From NCBI GenBank assembly GCA_051294905.1, contig CM119371.1, forward strand, positions 10,790,001-10,854,000: DNA of 64,000 bases, read 5' to 3'. Positions 13,961 to 27,715 of the stretch are shown piece after piece. Both the position numbers and the translations under genes were made by a program. The notes under the pieces are model-generated. The model saw nothing but the letters and a program-made list of their open reading frames with translations. It was not told where the DNA came from and did not search any database. The stretch comes from Botryllus schlosseri. Taxonomy: Eukaryota. The number at the start of each line of letters is the position of its first letter. The first letter of the stretch is position 1.

Positions 13961-15319
13961 CCTACGGTCACAGCTGATAGTCGTAACAGACCGCCTGGAC
14001 GCCAAATACCTATGTTAAATAGCCAACTTGAGGACTTCGTATCGCGGACAGCCCGTGTGATTTTACCCGCCATCAGTTTTTCCTTGTGAAATACACTGCG
14101 CACGAAAGTTAATAATTTATAATGTAATTATATATTTATCGTGAGCATCATCGGACCTGCTGAGAAAACAGCATGCGAAACCTAAAACAATCAGATAGCG
14201 CTGTATCCAGTGTCCATCGACAAGGTATAGGCAGGGCTAGTGACGTAGGAGCATATGCTGCCGCCCATGGCTTTCGTTGAAAATGCCGCCCACATTTTGA
14301 ATTAGTTTGTTGTGTTGACATAACAAAATGTATTTTTCAATACTTCTATAACAGTGACTAAAGTGTTTTCCTAGCAGCCCGCTGCCCATGGCGCAGATCC
14401 GCAAGCGCCAAATGGCTATTACGCCACTGGGCGGGACTACAACAACAATTCGTCAGATCCCCCCTACCCCAACGTTGATATTGAACCTCCATGTAGTGGT
14501 CAACAATCCTTCTCATGGTGAACGACCAACTTTTCCGTGATACTCCCCTTCATGGATACCATTCCAAAAAAGCTGACACGCAATGTATCCGACGTATGTC
14601 AGGTATAGATTAGGCCAGTGTCGAAGGTACCGGAACATGTGGCGGTGAACTCCAGACCATAAATCTATATATATTGGCTTACTATACGCCCCGAAATCGC
14701 AAGTGTTAATGTGATGAAAATATGGCTGGCTAGTGGCGTGGAGCGCCAAATATTTTGCATATTCATGAATTAATTTCGTTGATGATATTAGTTGTTGCAC
14801 ATACTATTATCAAATATTTAATATTTCTGCGCTCATGTGATCAGATTAACCATCATTTTCCAAATAGTCGGGAGTGTCATTAATATTAATCGCTTTGTAG
14901 TATGTGGTTGATTCTTGACCCCCCCCCCAACCAGCCGTCAGGATTGTCAGTATAGTCAAAATATATTGTAATCTCAAACTCGTGCAAGAGGAACTTCTTT
15001 CGTGAGACGCACACGATTTCAAATTGATTTTTTTTTATGGAGCACATTACTTTCTCTGCCGTTCCCATATGCGCTGTGGGGCTCAGATTGCAAAGACAGT
15101 ATCGTATAAAATTTAAACACTGAAATCTCCCCGAATCACGCGAATCGCGAAGAGAATTTTCGACTGGAATTGAGATATTTCGATAAATTGAGAGCCGATT
15201 CGAAAATTTAAATTGCATGTTGACGACGGCTAACACTCGTTAAATGAATTACGGGCTGCATAATCATGCTGCTGCGGCCGAAGGCTATCCACCCTTGCTT
15301 TATATCATAACTTGACTAG

Positions 15320-16506
15320 GCCCGTATTCAGAGACACACGTCTCTATCTCAAACTCAAGTCGCGCTCAGAGGAGCAAAGGCCGAGTCCAGCTAGATTTGA
15401 GAGAGCGTTTGGTATTCGGTTAGGATTTCGAGCGTTGCTCGGTTTCGAGTCGAGTCAGTAGCTCGATAGATTTGACAGCTTGATGACTGCTTGCAGACGT
15501 CTGTGGTTTTGTTAATTGCTCGCGATCTGGCAATCCGCGGCTTCAGATGTTGGCTACATTGCCTTCAATTACGTCGTTACATTATATTAGAATTATACGC
15601 TGGATGTATAGACGAAATAACACCGCTCAATAACATGACTATTTGACATATTGTAGTAGCCAAAGCATATATTTTCAAATAATGAAACATCAGACTTCAT
15701 CCTGAAGTCTTCAGGCATAAGCACAAGCTATTTATTGGATTACTGATGATGGGTATTGGTACCGCGTTGTTGATATTTCCGCCATACACAGGGACGGACG
15801 GTTTTATCAACTGTATTGCGATAATCTAACATCGCGTACATTCATAAAGCGCCAGGTCATCAACCATGGTGTATTGCATTTGTCCGCGTAGCCGACGATT
15901 CGGTTCTTGTTAGGATTGGAAGATCGCTATTGTAGACAACAGCCTGAGCGTGGTTTTTCAGTAACATCCATCTTCCATTCGTTTCTACATATCTATAGGC
16001 TACGTTTTATATTAAGTGATAAAACATAGCGTTGTGAGGAATTGACCGATTTCGCGAATCCATTGAAAACCTTTCTGATGAAAAATGTTCGCAGATTTAT
16101 GAATAGGCCATACGCAGCCAACGATGAAGCCATTCGGCGCTAGAACATGATTTCCTTCTTATAACGGTGCTTTATATTACAGTTGAAATTGTAAATTCAG
16201 GCAGCAAACATGCCCACAGCGCAATTTTCACAATATATTCACTGCCAAACGGTAAAAAAGGGAATGAGTAAGGCCTTGAGTCTGCCCACGACGTGACTCG
16301 GAAAACTCTTGCTCAAACGCCGCATTTAGAGATCGACTCCAACCTCAGATCGTCATTGAATACTAAAACCACAAAAGTACAACTCGAAAGAGCACCAAGT
16401 TCGACTCCAGTTGAACTCAAACTCGCTTCGCTTTCTGAATACCGATTCTTACGCAATGTTGCCGCAGAATGAGTTTCAGCACTGAGTAAGGTTCTTGAAT
16501 ACGGGC
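15320..16506. mobile_element. Probable PIF/Harbinger-like non-autonomous element
   Basis: TIRs GCCCGTATTCA / TGAATACGGGC flanked by tag / taa 3-mers; subterminal ctcga/aactc repeats. Confidence 0.55.
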
Positions 16507-18041
16507 TAAATAAAGGCAAAACTTTGAACAGTCATCGTATACAGAGTTGTCAATGCTCGAGATCGTGCCCATCTCATACCTTGAAACCAAAGACTGGTTA
16601 TTGATTACTCAGATTCTATCGCGTGAATAAAATCATTTACCGAATCATTTGTTTTTGCAAGACTACTGGTCGGTTGAGGTCAGCTATGAAACTTTAGTAT
16701 GATCTCGTGGCATACTATCGATTACAGCAGAAGACCTAGGCGATTTAAGTTGATTGGATATAGCCTACCTCTAATGAGAATATATTTGTTGGTTGTTAAA
16801 CCATGAAAAGAGGAATGTTCCGGCTAATTTCTGAAAATAAACTTCCTTGTGAACTCCATTTCATGTTATGCGCTAAATTTCATGAAATATAGTGCAATAA
16901 TAGCGACTCTGCTATAGATTCAAAATTCAATAACTGGGAAATTACGCGGTCCGCTTGCACTCTTAATGTGGGCAGGATCGATATATCGGAAATATTGCTA
17001 TGAAATATCTTCAACGTATCACTGATTGTAATCATTGGCCACGTCCTGCCTCTACCAATTCAACTTTATAAGGTAAAACATCTGTGAAGCTGCCACATAT
17101 TCGATTACTTGTTATAAACCGTACCATAGTAACTGCTCAATCGCCTCTCCTTGAAGTAGAGAACATTTGTATCCCTTCCTGAATGCGTACAACGTAATAA
17201 TATTCGATGATATCAACGGAACTTTTTTTACCCCTCACACATTGTGTACGTCACCCATTTTACGGAAATCTGTTGTGTTGTAATGTTACGTCGTACAATA
17301 AAGATCACAGCGAACATTTTATAGCAGTTCGATGACGCACACCAACTTGTATCAGAGGTTCGAATAGCATGGGTACACATCTGGGTCGTGACAGCAGCAC
17401 TGCGATCATTTAAAAACATATCATGGCGTAAAGGCAAGTTGCACGATCTTAAATTTATCATAAATTATAAGTATATAGGGCCAATAAAGATGTATATAGG
17501 CTACTACCTGTCATGAGTCCTACGAATTTTCCACTTCGGCCATTCAAAGTATTCCTCTGATTCACTATTTTCGAATTCCGCATTATAAGCTATATTCACT
17601 GAATGATGCCGAGCTTACTGATTTCAAAAAAGTGTATAGTAGTGGACAGTGCCAATATTTAACTAGTAGTAATATTCTCTAGCTTATGTGCATTGTGGGA
17701 TGCGATGTGGAATACGTTGTTCGCGGTTCGGTCGCTTTTCGATACGTTTAGGCGGTGCAGACTGCAGAGGCTTCGAATGTTGCATTCATTTCCTGTTGAA
17801 CGGTCAGCTTGATAAAATAACTTTGGAAGACCTGCGACTTATATCAGTGCTATTCGCGTAATGGCTCACTTTAGCTCCAATATTCGATAGTTTACTGTTT
17901 AATGGCCGGAGTAGAAATGGAATCGTTGGACGGTGAACCTTCAAAATCAAAATTAAATTACTTATTATTCAATGCATGCAATTCGTTCAAATTTACAATT
18001 GGAAACTGTATATAATTCTGACTTTTTGTTATTATATAGTC

Positions 18042-19005
18042 CAGTGGCTCCCAACGTGGGCGACATCGCCCCCTAGGGGGCGATTTGGCGGTCTAGGGGG
18101 GCGAAAATGACGAAGGAGGCGATGGCGCGTTAAAACGGCTATATTGGAGTCGGGACAGTAACTACCTCACCCCAAACCCCCCAATTGAGAGTGGGGGCCT
18201 GAAATCGAAGGAAGCCTAAAATTATTTCGTGAATTAACATATATGATAGAGTAATTTTTTAGAAATTCATGCGACTTTTTCCAAATTTTTGCGACTAAAT
18301 ATTTTCATGTATCTTGATGTTGGGGCCCCGTCACCCAACAAAAATACGCATGATTTATGGAAATGGGAGACTTCGGCCTCGGTCATTACTGCGCCACGAC
18401 GCACCAAGACATATGAAGTTAGAGGTCATGTAACATGAGACTCTGAGAAATGTGCCAGAACGATCAGCAACGAGAAGACCTTGGCCGAAAAGGAATGCCC
18501 TTTTGCTGACCGAAAACTTCGATATATATACATATATGTTTAATTGTCTATAGGCGCCTCAATGGCTGGCGTCGACTGCTCCTGTCCTGGCGACCTTAAC
18601 CCTACAGGACAAATGCCATCCCGCAAGGAAAAAACTATATGCCAGTGAAGAAATACCAGCATGAAATCATGTGCGTCTTTTAGTTTGGTACGTTTTGACG
18701 ATTCCCATATCTTCTGAGATAGCAGATAGCAGGAGGTCACGAAATAACATCATGTAAAGAATTCGATATAACAAAGATTCCGCCCGAAGATGTTTAATAA
18801 TTATTTAGGGGTCCTACCTTTTCCAACATACCACATGGACCACATTGACCGATTCAAGCATGAATTATATAAATTCGTCGCGCTTCGCGCGTTTAGCCGA
18901 AGGGGGCTGACGAAGTGCTGTTTTTCGGTTACCAATATTTGGGGGTGATGATCGGTGTGGAGCTTCAAAAGGGGGCGATGAGTCGAAAAAGGTTGGAAAC
19001 CACTG
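18042..19005. mobile_element. Composite hAT MITE (CAGTGGTTCCCAAC family)
   Basis: Ends CAGTGGCTCCCAAC / GTTGGAAACCACTG; perfect TSD atatagtc; homologous to 37450-38729 and 41807-42597. Confidence 0.9.
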
Positions 19006-20785
19006 ATATAGTCCATTTATACGAGGTTCTATTGATGTTTCTGTTAGGCGAAGCTCGAGAAGTCCTATTAAAGACTTATTGCTTGATGGTCACCGTTCCG
19101 TTTCCTTTGAAAGAAATGCGACTTTGCTGTGGGCTAAATCTAAAAGTTCTACTGCAGTGGTTCTCAGACTTAGGTGGTGGGTACGTGAAAACGTCTGACG
19201 GAGGTCTGACCAAGGTCACACGCTTGTTTCCACTATGCCTTATACAGTGGTTCACAACCTTTTTGTCTTCACGGACCTCTTTCGGACCGTCACGGACCCC
19301 AGCGGACTCCCACGAAGTTTTAGTTCATAGCTCAAGTGTCGTACAATCGTCATCTGCCTTTTGCAAATGATAACTGAAGGCTTATTGATACACAGCAACA
19401 AAATAACTTTTCTTGAAAATAAGATCATACACTATTCATGTAGAAATTGGGTTGACTATTATTTCGAAGCGAATTTTGCAACTGCATTTCCTGAAATACG
19501 TAGTCCTGCCTTGAAACTTCGCTGCTGCGATTTGATATGATCGAATATTCCTCAAACATAGGTGAGGGCAAATGTAATAATAACGCGTAACGATACTGAC
19601 GACACATTTGTGTATGATCGCAACAAATACGGCACCAAAATTGACAAACAAATTTCTTTAATGAACATATAACGTTATGCTTGGTCATTTGTATCCAGCT
19701 GCTTATCTGGAAGTTATTATGGCAAAAGTGGTGTTGTATATCACAGCATAAAATAGATGTTTCTAAACATTTCGAAGTCACCGTGATTGACCTTACTCAT
19801 CCAATTATTTTTCCAGAATCCCCCACAAAACATCTCTAAGCAGCAAAATGTTTGTGTCAGTAGGCTATTGGCATTTTAGCAAATAAAATGAGTCTGCACA
19901 GTAGAATATTTCATCTCAGATGGCCATTCTGTTGACGTGAGCTCTGGAGTTTTACTAGTAATGAAGCGAAACTGCCGCTTGACTTTCCGAATTAAAAAAA
20001 AATACAAATTAGGGTCAACCATTTTGAGGCTCCGCGGACCCCCTGGAAATGATTTGCGGACCTCCGGTTGAGAACCACGGAGCCCTAATATGACTAGAAT
20101 ATGACCTAAATATGCGCAATGATGGGTAGTTACACGTGTCCACCCTGACATATGCTGAATTGGCTTTGTAAAAGACTCAACCAAGAGGACATACCTAATA
20201 TATATTAGGAAGTGCAATCATTTCATGTCAAGTATAATTTGAAGCCGAAAATGCAGCATGTGCTCATAAAAATACTCAGGTAATCGTTGTTAGACGCTTG
20301 AATGACAAGTTCTGCATAACAGTTCTGCGTCAAAGCATGGAATCAATGAGACCATCAAATCCACACTTCACAAATTGACTTCCGTGAAATGAGCAATACT
20401 AATCAACCAACGTTCTTTGCGTTACTTTTTATTTGCGGTATTCTACCAGCCTCTTTTGCGCCCATCGTTAACAATGTCCGCATTCTACCATAGCCTATTG
20501 CCTTGTTCGGATAGAATCGGTACTGCAATATCAACACGAAAAATTATCTTCACGGTCTGCGATGTTGTGTCAGAATCACGGAAATGAACATATGTATGCG
20601 CAATATAACGACGGAGCAGAGCTTCGCGTCCCCAGGACCGCTGGAATATATCAAAGTGAGAACGCAGATAAATTCTATATTTTGTGGTCACTGTTTATTT
20701 GTATTTCCGTAGTCGTTCCGGCTCACTCTTTAGAGGTCGAAATTACCATTTTGCCAATCGTTGCTTTTGATGCTTATCTTACAAC

Positions 20786-21477
20786 TAGGGCAAGTTTTTC
20801 CAAATTGTTCAACTTTTTTTGCAGTTTCCGGCAGCTTTCTAAAACACTGAGACGTTATGTATTAGGCTATGTTATTTTAAGCTTTCTGGAGAAATGTTAT
20901 ACTGCAACTTTTTGCAACTTTACTCCATTATTTCCTACTTTTTGCAACTTTTTCTATTTTACACGACACATTTTGCAATTTTTTTCGATTTTTCATGCAA
21001 CCAACTTTGTACTGGAAATATTTGTCACAATATTTAAATGGATGGCTTGATAATTTTACTTTCGTTTATAAATGAGATCCGTTCTGATATGACGTACATT
21101 TAGGATAGGCCGCCGCTAATTAGATTTTCACAGGGTCCACTTTCTCAGGATATTGGTTCTGTTAAAGTTGCCAACACTGCGTTTTGCTACAGTGCGTTGA
21201 ATACGTATCGATTTGCCTGTCTCATAGCCTTATCCCTTCAAGGAACTTGTCCCTAAATGCAACTTTTCAATGCAACCTATGTGAAAAATAAATGCAACAT
21301 TTTACTGTTGATATACAATGTTCTTTCCAATTGTCTGCTAGGTGCTGACGATTACCCCTATCGAGTGTCAGCCGAAAATATTCGGGTTCATGTCAATATG
21401 AATATACTATTCAATTGCAACTTTTGTGAAAAAAGTGCAACTTTGCACGGATTTGACTGCAACAAAAACTTTCCCTA
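20786..21477. mobile_element. hAT-like MITE with TGCAACTTTT subterminal repeats
   Basis: TAGGGCAAGTTTTT / AAAAACTTTCCCTA ends; flanks cttacaac / ctgataac. Confidence 0.65.
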
Positions 21478-24400
21478 CTGATAACGTTTGTTTATTTGAA
21501 TAAAATATAATTAAATGTAGATGTGAGAGATTTGAAGCGTTCGTGTAAATATCATATTCAATCTATCTTACACTACTGGACGTAAAAAGAGAGCGATGTG
21601 ACTTCTGAATATTCTCTGTCGCACAGGCCATTTGTGATGGTTTTAACCCTTGCGATGTTTAGGTCTGAGTGAAGACGAAGATATCATGACAGTACATTGT
21701 TAAGGAAAATATATATTTCAATAAGCTTTAAATGTCTACAATACCTGAAAATAACAACAGTTACATCCTAGATTCATTTACATGGTCAGAAACAGGATGG
21801 CCTCGCAATGACCTAATCCAAAATCTGCAGCTGTATGCGTGAACTTCGTTCGGACAGTATACCGATATGACGTAATTTATGACATTCTTTTAGTCATCAA
21901 ACTCTCCGATGCTACTCTGATGACGTCAGCTGTTTTTACCCTCGGTCCCTAACTGACCTGGCGGCACCCTTGTTTAATATGATCGATATATTATAATGAT
22001 CTCACGCCATGAGCTCTTTTCCAGGCCGAGCATGTAAACACGTAATTCATTTATTCAATGCCTTCGTATGGGACGAAGACTAATTTGCGCTTATTTACAT
22101 AATATTCACAGTGTAGAACAGTGATTCCCTAATTGTGTGGCATGTGCCATCACAGATTTTGAAAACTGTTTAGATATTTCAAGTAAGGCATTCAGACAAG
22201 CATATCCGATCTTAGAGCGTTCTAACTGCTCGATTGCTGATAAATAAGCACGTATATTGCTACTATGAAACTGATTACGGTATTCCTGACAAGGTACTGT
22301 AATTACAAGTCATCATTCTGTTGCTATACTGGAATGAATGTTAACCATTCATTCTGTTAGCCTTGTCCACTACCCGGAAATGCGCCAGCAGCTGCTAACG
22401 CTGAAGAATGCCAGAATTCGAATTGCACCCTTGCGATTTGTATTTCATGATTTCGAGTTTATTTTATTAATATCTCAGATTATATCATCCTCAAAATCAA
22501 ATAAATTATGGAAAATTCTTTTCATAAAGCTATCACACCCCAACAGTAAAGGACAGCAGAACAGAATCCCAAGCTTTCATTTAAAGAGTATATATATATA
22601 TTTTAAATTATAGATACTACGTCATCTGAATGTTATTTCATGATCGGTAAAAAAGTGATCCAAATAATATTATCGATATTTTCACTTTTTTTTTCTCTGT
22701 TTGGTCTGAAACTAATAATTGTGAATGAGTGATACTGTTTGGAACTGGCAATGACATGCCGGTGTTTGTCGACATTGCAGCCTGGTTTCAATCGTGTTTG
22801 CTCATCTAAACAATCACATCTCCCGTCCTAACACGTCACGCAATATTTTCGGAGAAATGTTTCTTCTATTGGGAGTGTGGCGTGACCGTTTTATAATTTT
22901 AGTAGCATGGTAAAATCTGTAAAGGTTAGGGAGCTGCAGGTGCAACTCCTTCAACGTTTGGTTTGCCTGCGCAAACCTTTTAACTCCTAGTCTCGCATAG
23001 CGCACCCTAACTTCTCTTGCTGACCGGAACCCCTGCGTTAAGATGAATTTGACGCCCTAGACAAAGGGGCGCGCAACTTCACCAGTCAGCGGGCCTGATA
23101 TGGGAAAATGAAGTACTAAGAAGACCTGTACAAATATTAGTCGTATTTATTGTTACCTTTAGGTTTGAAGTATAGAGATTAAAACAGCAATCAATGAGTT
23201 TATTAACTTAATGTACGTAAATAGCTGTTGAAGCAAACGAGACATCTGTGGTCGATGAAAATTGTGAACAGGTGCTTTGAAATTTGACTGCATATCAGAC
23301 ACAAAAAAATAACTAAAGGGTTGCCAAATCAAAATAGGTCGCGGGTCACTTTTCAAAATTTGTAGAGACCGCGGGCCGGATGAAGTCAATATTGAAATTA
23401 AAATAGGCAATGCAGTTTGACAACCACGTTTTGATGATAACTCCACGTCAGTACAACGCGGTTCTCTCTAACATAGGCGACGGGCATAGTTAGCACAAGT
23501 AAAATAATGCTTTATTTAAAAAAATACAAATGCGACCAAAAATATGATGATCATCAATTTCATTATATTTTGAACTATGAGCTGTGCACATTACCTGACA
23601 ACAATCTGAAGCAACTAAATCAAAGGTGGCCGACCTTTTTGCCATTCACGGCCGCATTTTGATTATTTATATAGCTTGCGGCAGCATTCGAGTGCTCAAT
23701 CGTAATGAACCAAGTGGAGGCCAAATACCAACGCCGCGCGAAGCGCGATAATATTTTCATATTTTTGAATGGATTTCGTCAATAACATTAGTATAGTTTC
23801 ATATATTACTATTACATATATATATCTTTTCTCAGCGCATGTGCTCAGATTCACCGGTGGACTTCATAGTTTAGGGAGGGGGGGCTATTAATGTTGTGCT
23901 GCTCCTTTGGATGGGAAAATTGTCATTAGTCCCATTTCCCGGATGCTGCTATGTCTTGACATTCCATCAGGATTGTCGTTATGGTGGAAAGATATTGGAT
24001 TCGCTTAAACGTAGGCCTACCAGAAACAAATTTCCTTCGTGATTACAAATTGGTATTCCGTTATGGAGCGCATCATTTTCCTCTGCTGTTTGCATCTGTA
24101 CCGTGGGAATCAAATAACAAAGGACACTACTATATCAAAATCGAAAATGAACTCGCATATAACCACGCGTAACGCGAAGAAAATGTCAAGAATGAATTAA
24201 ATAATTCAATTCAATTCAAGACAATTCGTAAATTCAATTTGCATAATGAAGGCCGCCAATACATCATAGTTGAATTGAGTATCGACGGACGCATAATTTC
24301 CTTCTACCACCCCTGGTCTAAAGAATACATATTGGGGTTAGCTAGACACTGTACTTGCTGGAAAACTATTTCATCGTAAACCATGGTCTTTTAGACAGCC

Positions 24401-25096
24401 GAAATCGTTTTTAAATCGGCTCGGTATTGGCAGTGGTGGGACAATACACGTCAAGACAATATGCCCATTCTATATTAGCAAATTCCTCCTCCATGGAAAG
24501 AAATTACCATCGCCGAAGCAGTTTCAGCTATAGTGACCCCTGAACTAACGAATAACTAACAATCACTATTATTTGTGTCCGGAAAAAAGAAAAAATCACC
24601 TACAGTCCGTATTATTTGACATAATAATCAAGTATAATGGATAATTGCTGTAGACCAGTGGTTCTCAAACTTTTTTTAGACACGCCCCCCTTTTTGATGG
24701 TGGAAAATTTTGCGCCTCCTTACCGTGCATTGGAGGTAAATTGCGCGAAATACCCAGTCAACAAAATGGGAAGCGATCGCCCGACGTATAATACGCTTTC
24801 AATGCCAAAATGATGCTTCAAAAGATACAATTTTCGCACTTCAGCCGCAGACTCCTTGACCGCTAGTAACCCTGCCGCTAGTCTCGCCTCGCTACCCGAA
24901 TCGCTGTTGATTTCTAACCCTGTGTTGCAAGTCATGACAAGTTGACTCAGCATTTTCATTATCGTTTCAGTCTTATTAAAATCAACGAAAATACAAGTTG
25001 ACCGACATATGACACGATCAAAAGCGAGAGATTAGCATGATCATTTGTCAGGTTAGGATCCAAAAATACAATACATATGGGCATGGCGCTTAAGTA

Positions 25097-25756
25097 CCGT
25101 AAACCGGGGTAACTTTGGACAATTTTGCTTCATATCTTAAAAATGACTGAGTGCAGGGGAGGCAAATTTTGTGTTTTTCTGGAGTTATTGGGCAGAGATT
25201 AGAATTAACTAATTCAAAATCTTCATGGTCATAAATGAGTACCGTATTTTTGTAAATTATCCGTGTCCAAAGTTACCCCGTCCTGATAAAATTTGAGGGG
25301 GTAACTTTTGACATCACATTTTTTTTAATTGACCTAAGGGTGGGCCCGTTGAGATTTCTGACATTGATTAAGACTACTTAGAGGTATCTGCTGCCAAGTT
25401 ATGAATCTAGGACTCGCATGCTATCTATTTTTGGTTGTAAGAATATAATAACCATAAATTTTGATGAATTTGACCCCCCTGCCATTTATCAATGTTGGGA
25501 CACGGTCTCTGCGCACAAAAAATTCGAAGTAAGGACCTTTTTTTAGTCGTTACGCACCGCTGTCCAAGGATCTGCGCACACTCGTCAAAAATTAGAGGGA
25601 ACATTGGTCAAGGTTATCGAGTAGTGGACTGATTTCGCCTTTTATTGAGACTACTTGTGGTACCGTTGCCTCATGAAGAAGAATTGGACAACCGTTTTTC
25701 ATCAATAACCATTCAAATGGTTTACTTCTTAGTGTCCAATGTTACCCGGTTCATGG
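25097..25756. mobile_element. pogo/Tc1-mariner-like MITE
   Basis: TA|CCGTAAACCGGGGTAACTTTGGACA ... TGTCCAATGTTACCCGGTTCATGG|TA, with internal copies of the GGGGTAACTTT motif. Confidence 0.65.
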
Positions 25757-25908
25757 TATACACATTGTCTGGCAGTATAGGCTAATATGCAACAAGGACC
25801 CAAACTAGTTACAATTTTAACCCCTATGATCAACAACAGCAGGTGAATCCGAATGGTCACCCGACATAAAACCTATGCGGAGCATCGTCCAGTCCATCAG
25901 ATGTAAAT

Positions 25909-27636
25909 TCAACAACGTTGCTGATCTCTTGAGGGATCTGGAAAATAAAACGTAAACATTAATATTATATTTTCGCTATCAATAAGCACTGATTGTCCCA
26001 ATCATATCCTTTCTGGTTGTGCGTCATTTGATCATCTCACACCCGAGTATCTTACTTGATAAATGGCAACTCTAAACCATAACCCAACCTAACCTGAACT
26101 ATAAGAGAGATGGTTATTGCCAAGTATACTGAGCTATTTTGTCCCGTGCTTACATGTCCACATACCACATTTTCTGATAGCTCGCTAACTATATCCTGGA
26201 TCTGTGAACACCGGTAGTGGTTTTGTGGTTACTTGGTGGTCATTGATGGCCATTTCAAGGCAAAATTTTGGAAATTACGAATTACAATATACATTAATTC
26301 ATACTATTTTGAAATTAGGATAGTATACCTGAGGCAACACTATTTAATTTTCGGCGGCCTGCATCCCAATCCGGCACTCCATGTAGAACAGTTTTTATGT
26401 GCACTGAAATTTCATGATGGGTAGCGAGCCTGAATCCGGTATGCTGCAGGACAGCTGGAAAGAACTGAAGTTCAAGCAACGAAATGGAATGAAACTGTCA
26501 TACCACTCACATAAAAGATGACTCCAAAGATTTGAGCCTTGCACGGCATCTTAAATCCACCTTGACGAGAAGCACATGTCCACGAATACTTCAGGGCATG
26601 CCTTTGAGTCATAAAGTACTTGAAAAATGCGCGCACTGTAGCCCGAAGACTTGGTTTCACTATTTTCAGTGCGACAGCAGATGGGATCTAACATATATCA
26701 AAAAGATGCTTAGCTCATAGCGGTTTCTTCCGACTAATCAATTGTTATGCTGACCTGATTCTTCAACAGCATATCCAGCTCTTCTACACCGTCTGCTTTA
26801 ACAAAATCTTCCATGGAGTCGTCTTCATTGACTTTATCATGCATATGCTTCATCTCTTCCCTTAGCTGGTTAATTTCATCTTTTATCTCATCAAGCGAAT
26901 TCGACAGGTTTGTAAGAAACTCATAGGGCCTGTTTTAAATAAAAGAAGTATAAGTCTTTCACGCCTACTCATTCACAACTGCGCAATCTCTAGGCCAAGC
27001 CTCCAAACCAATGCCCTTAATGACCAACACCATGATTCAGGATTGACTGGCAAAGGCTAAAAAACCTGCATTCTCTGGTGGCGACGTTGCTATCACTTCT
27101 AATAAAATATACTACTTCTACACATGAGGTAGGAATGTGCAGTTGTCCACCTAATGGTAAAATAGCCAAAATATGCCATAATTGCTCATTGACGTTCAAC
27201 ACAACTGAGATTTTAAAATTATCTGTGAATGATCTCATCAACTTACATCTGAACAGTTCTTTGACTTAATGTTGCATATCTATCAGCTTGATAATAACTG
27301 TCACTTGACCGGCTGATTATTTTCGGATGAGTCGGGGTAGAATTTGCCCAATAGCCTGGTACTGGGAGCCCGTATGCAGATTCAAGGCACTGACTGTAAG
27401 TTACTGAAAAATATTGATAGGGAAATGATACAGACAACAACTGAACATTAGTATAACCAACCTGCAGAGCATATGACTTTACATCCATGGGCTTTCCATT
27501 CGTCTGTAGGTTGAGATGCAATCTTTGAAAGCACATTTCCTTCAGGGGGCCAAAAACACAAGCTGTTGTTGCATGCCAGCCAATTTTGTGGAACTACCTC
27601 GTTGGTGCCATCATCAAACTGCACACAGTAAAACAT
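25909..27636 (-). CDS. DUF4806-like EnSpm accessory protein, 293 aa, 7 coding exons
   Basis: Exons 27636-27462, 27403-27247, 27098-27066, 26929-26755, 26687-26511, 26464-26329, 25937-25909; 882 nt with no internal stop. N-term YCVQFDDGTNEVVPQNWL..CFWPP..P..EW; coiled coil LDEIKDEINQLREEMK; C-term TVRAFFKYFMTQRHALKYSW and ATHHEISVHIKTVLHGVPDWDAGRRK. Confidence 0.8.
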
Positions 27637-27715
27637 CACTAATGATAGGAATAGTGGCTAATACTTTATTCTTTCCTGAAAATTAAAATTCACGTTGATA
27701 CAAGTGAGCATTCAG

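Noticed and set aside
20388..21700. Signal-peptide-like ORF (MSNTNQPTFFALLFICG) and ICDGFNPCD fragment as a second LDLa gene
   Set aside because: Both hit stops quickly and no consistent exon chain could be built; at most a decayed relic.
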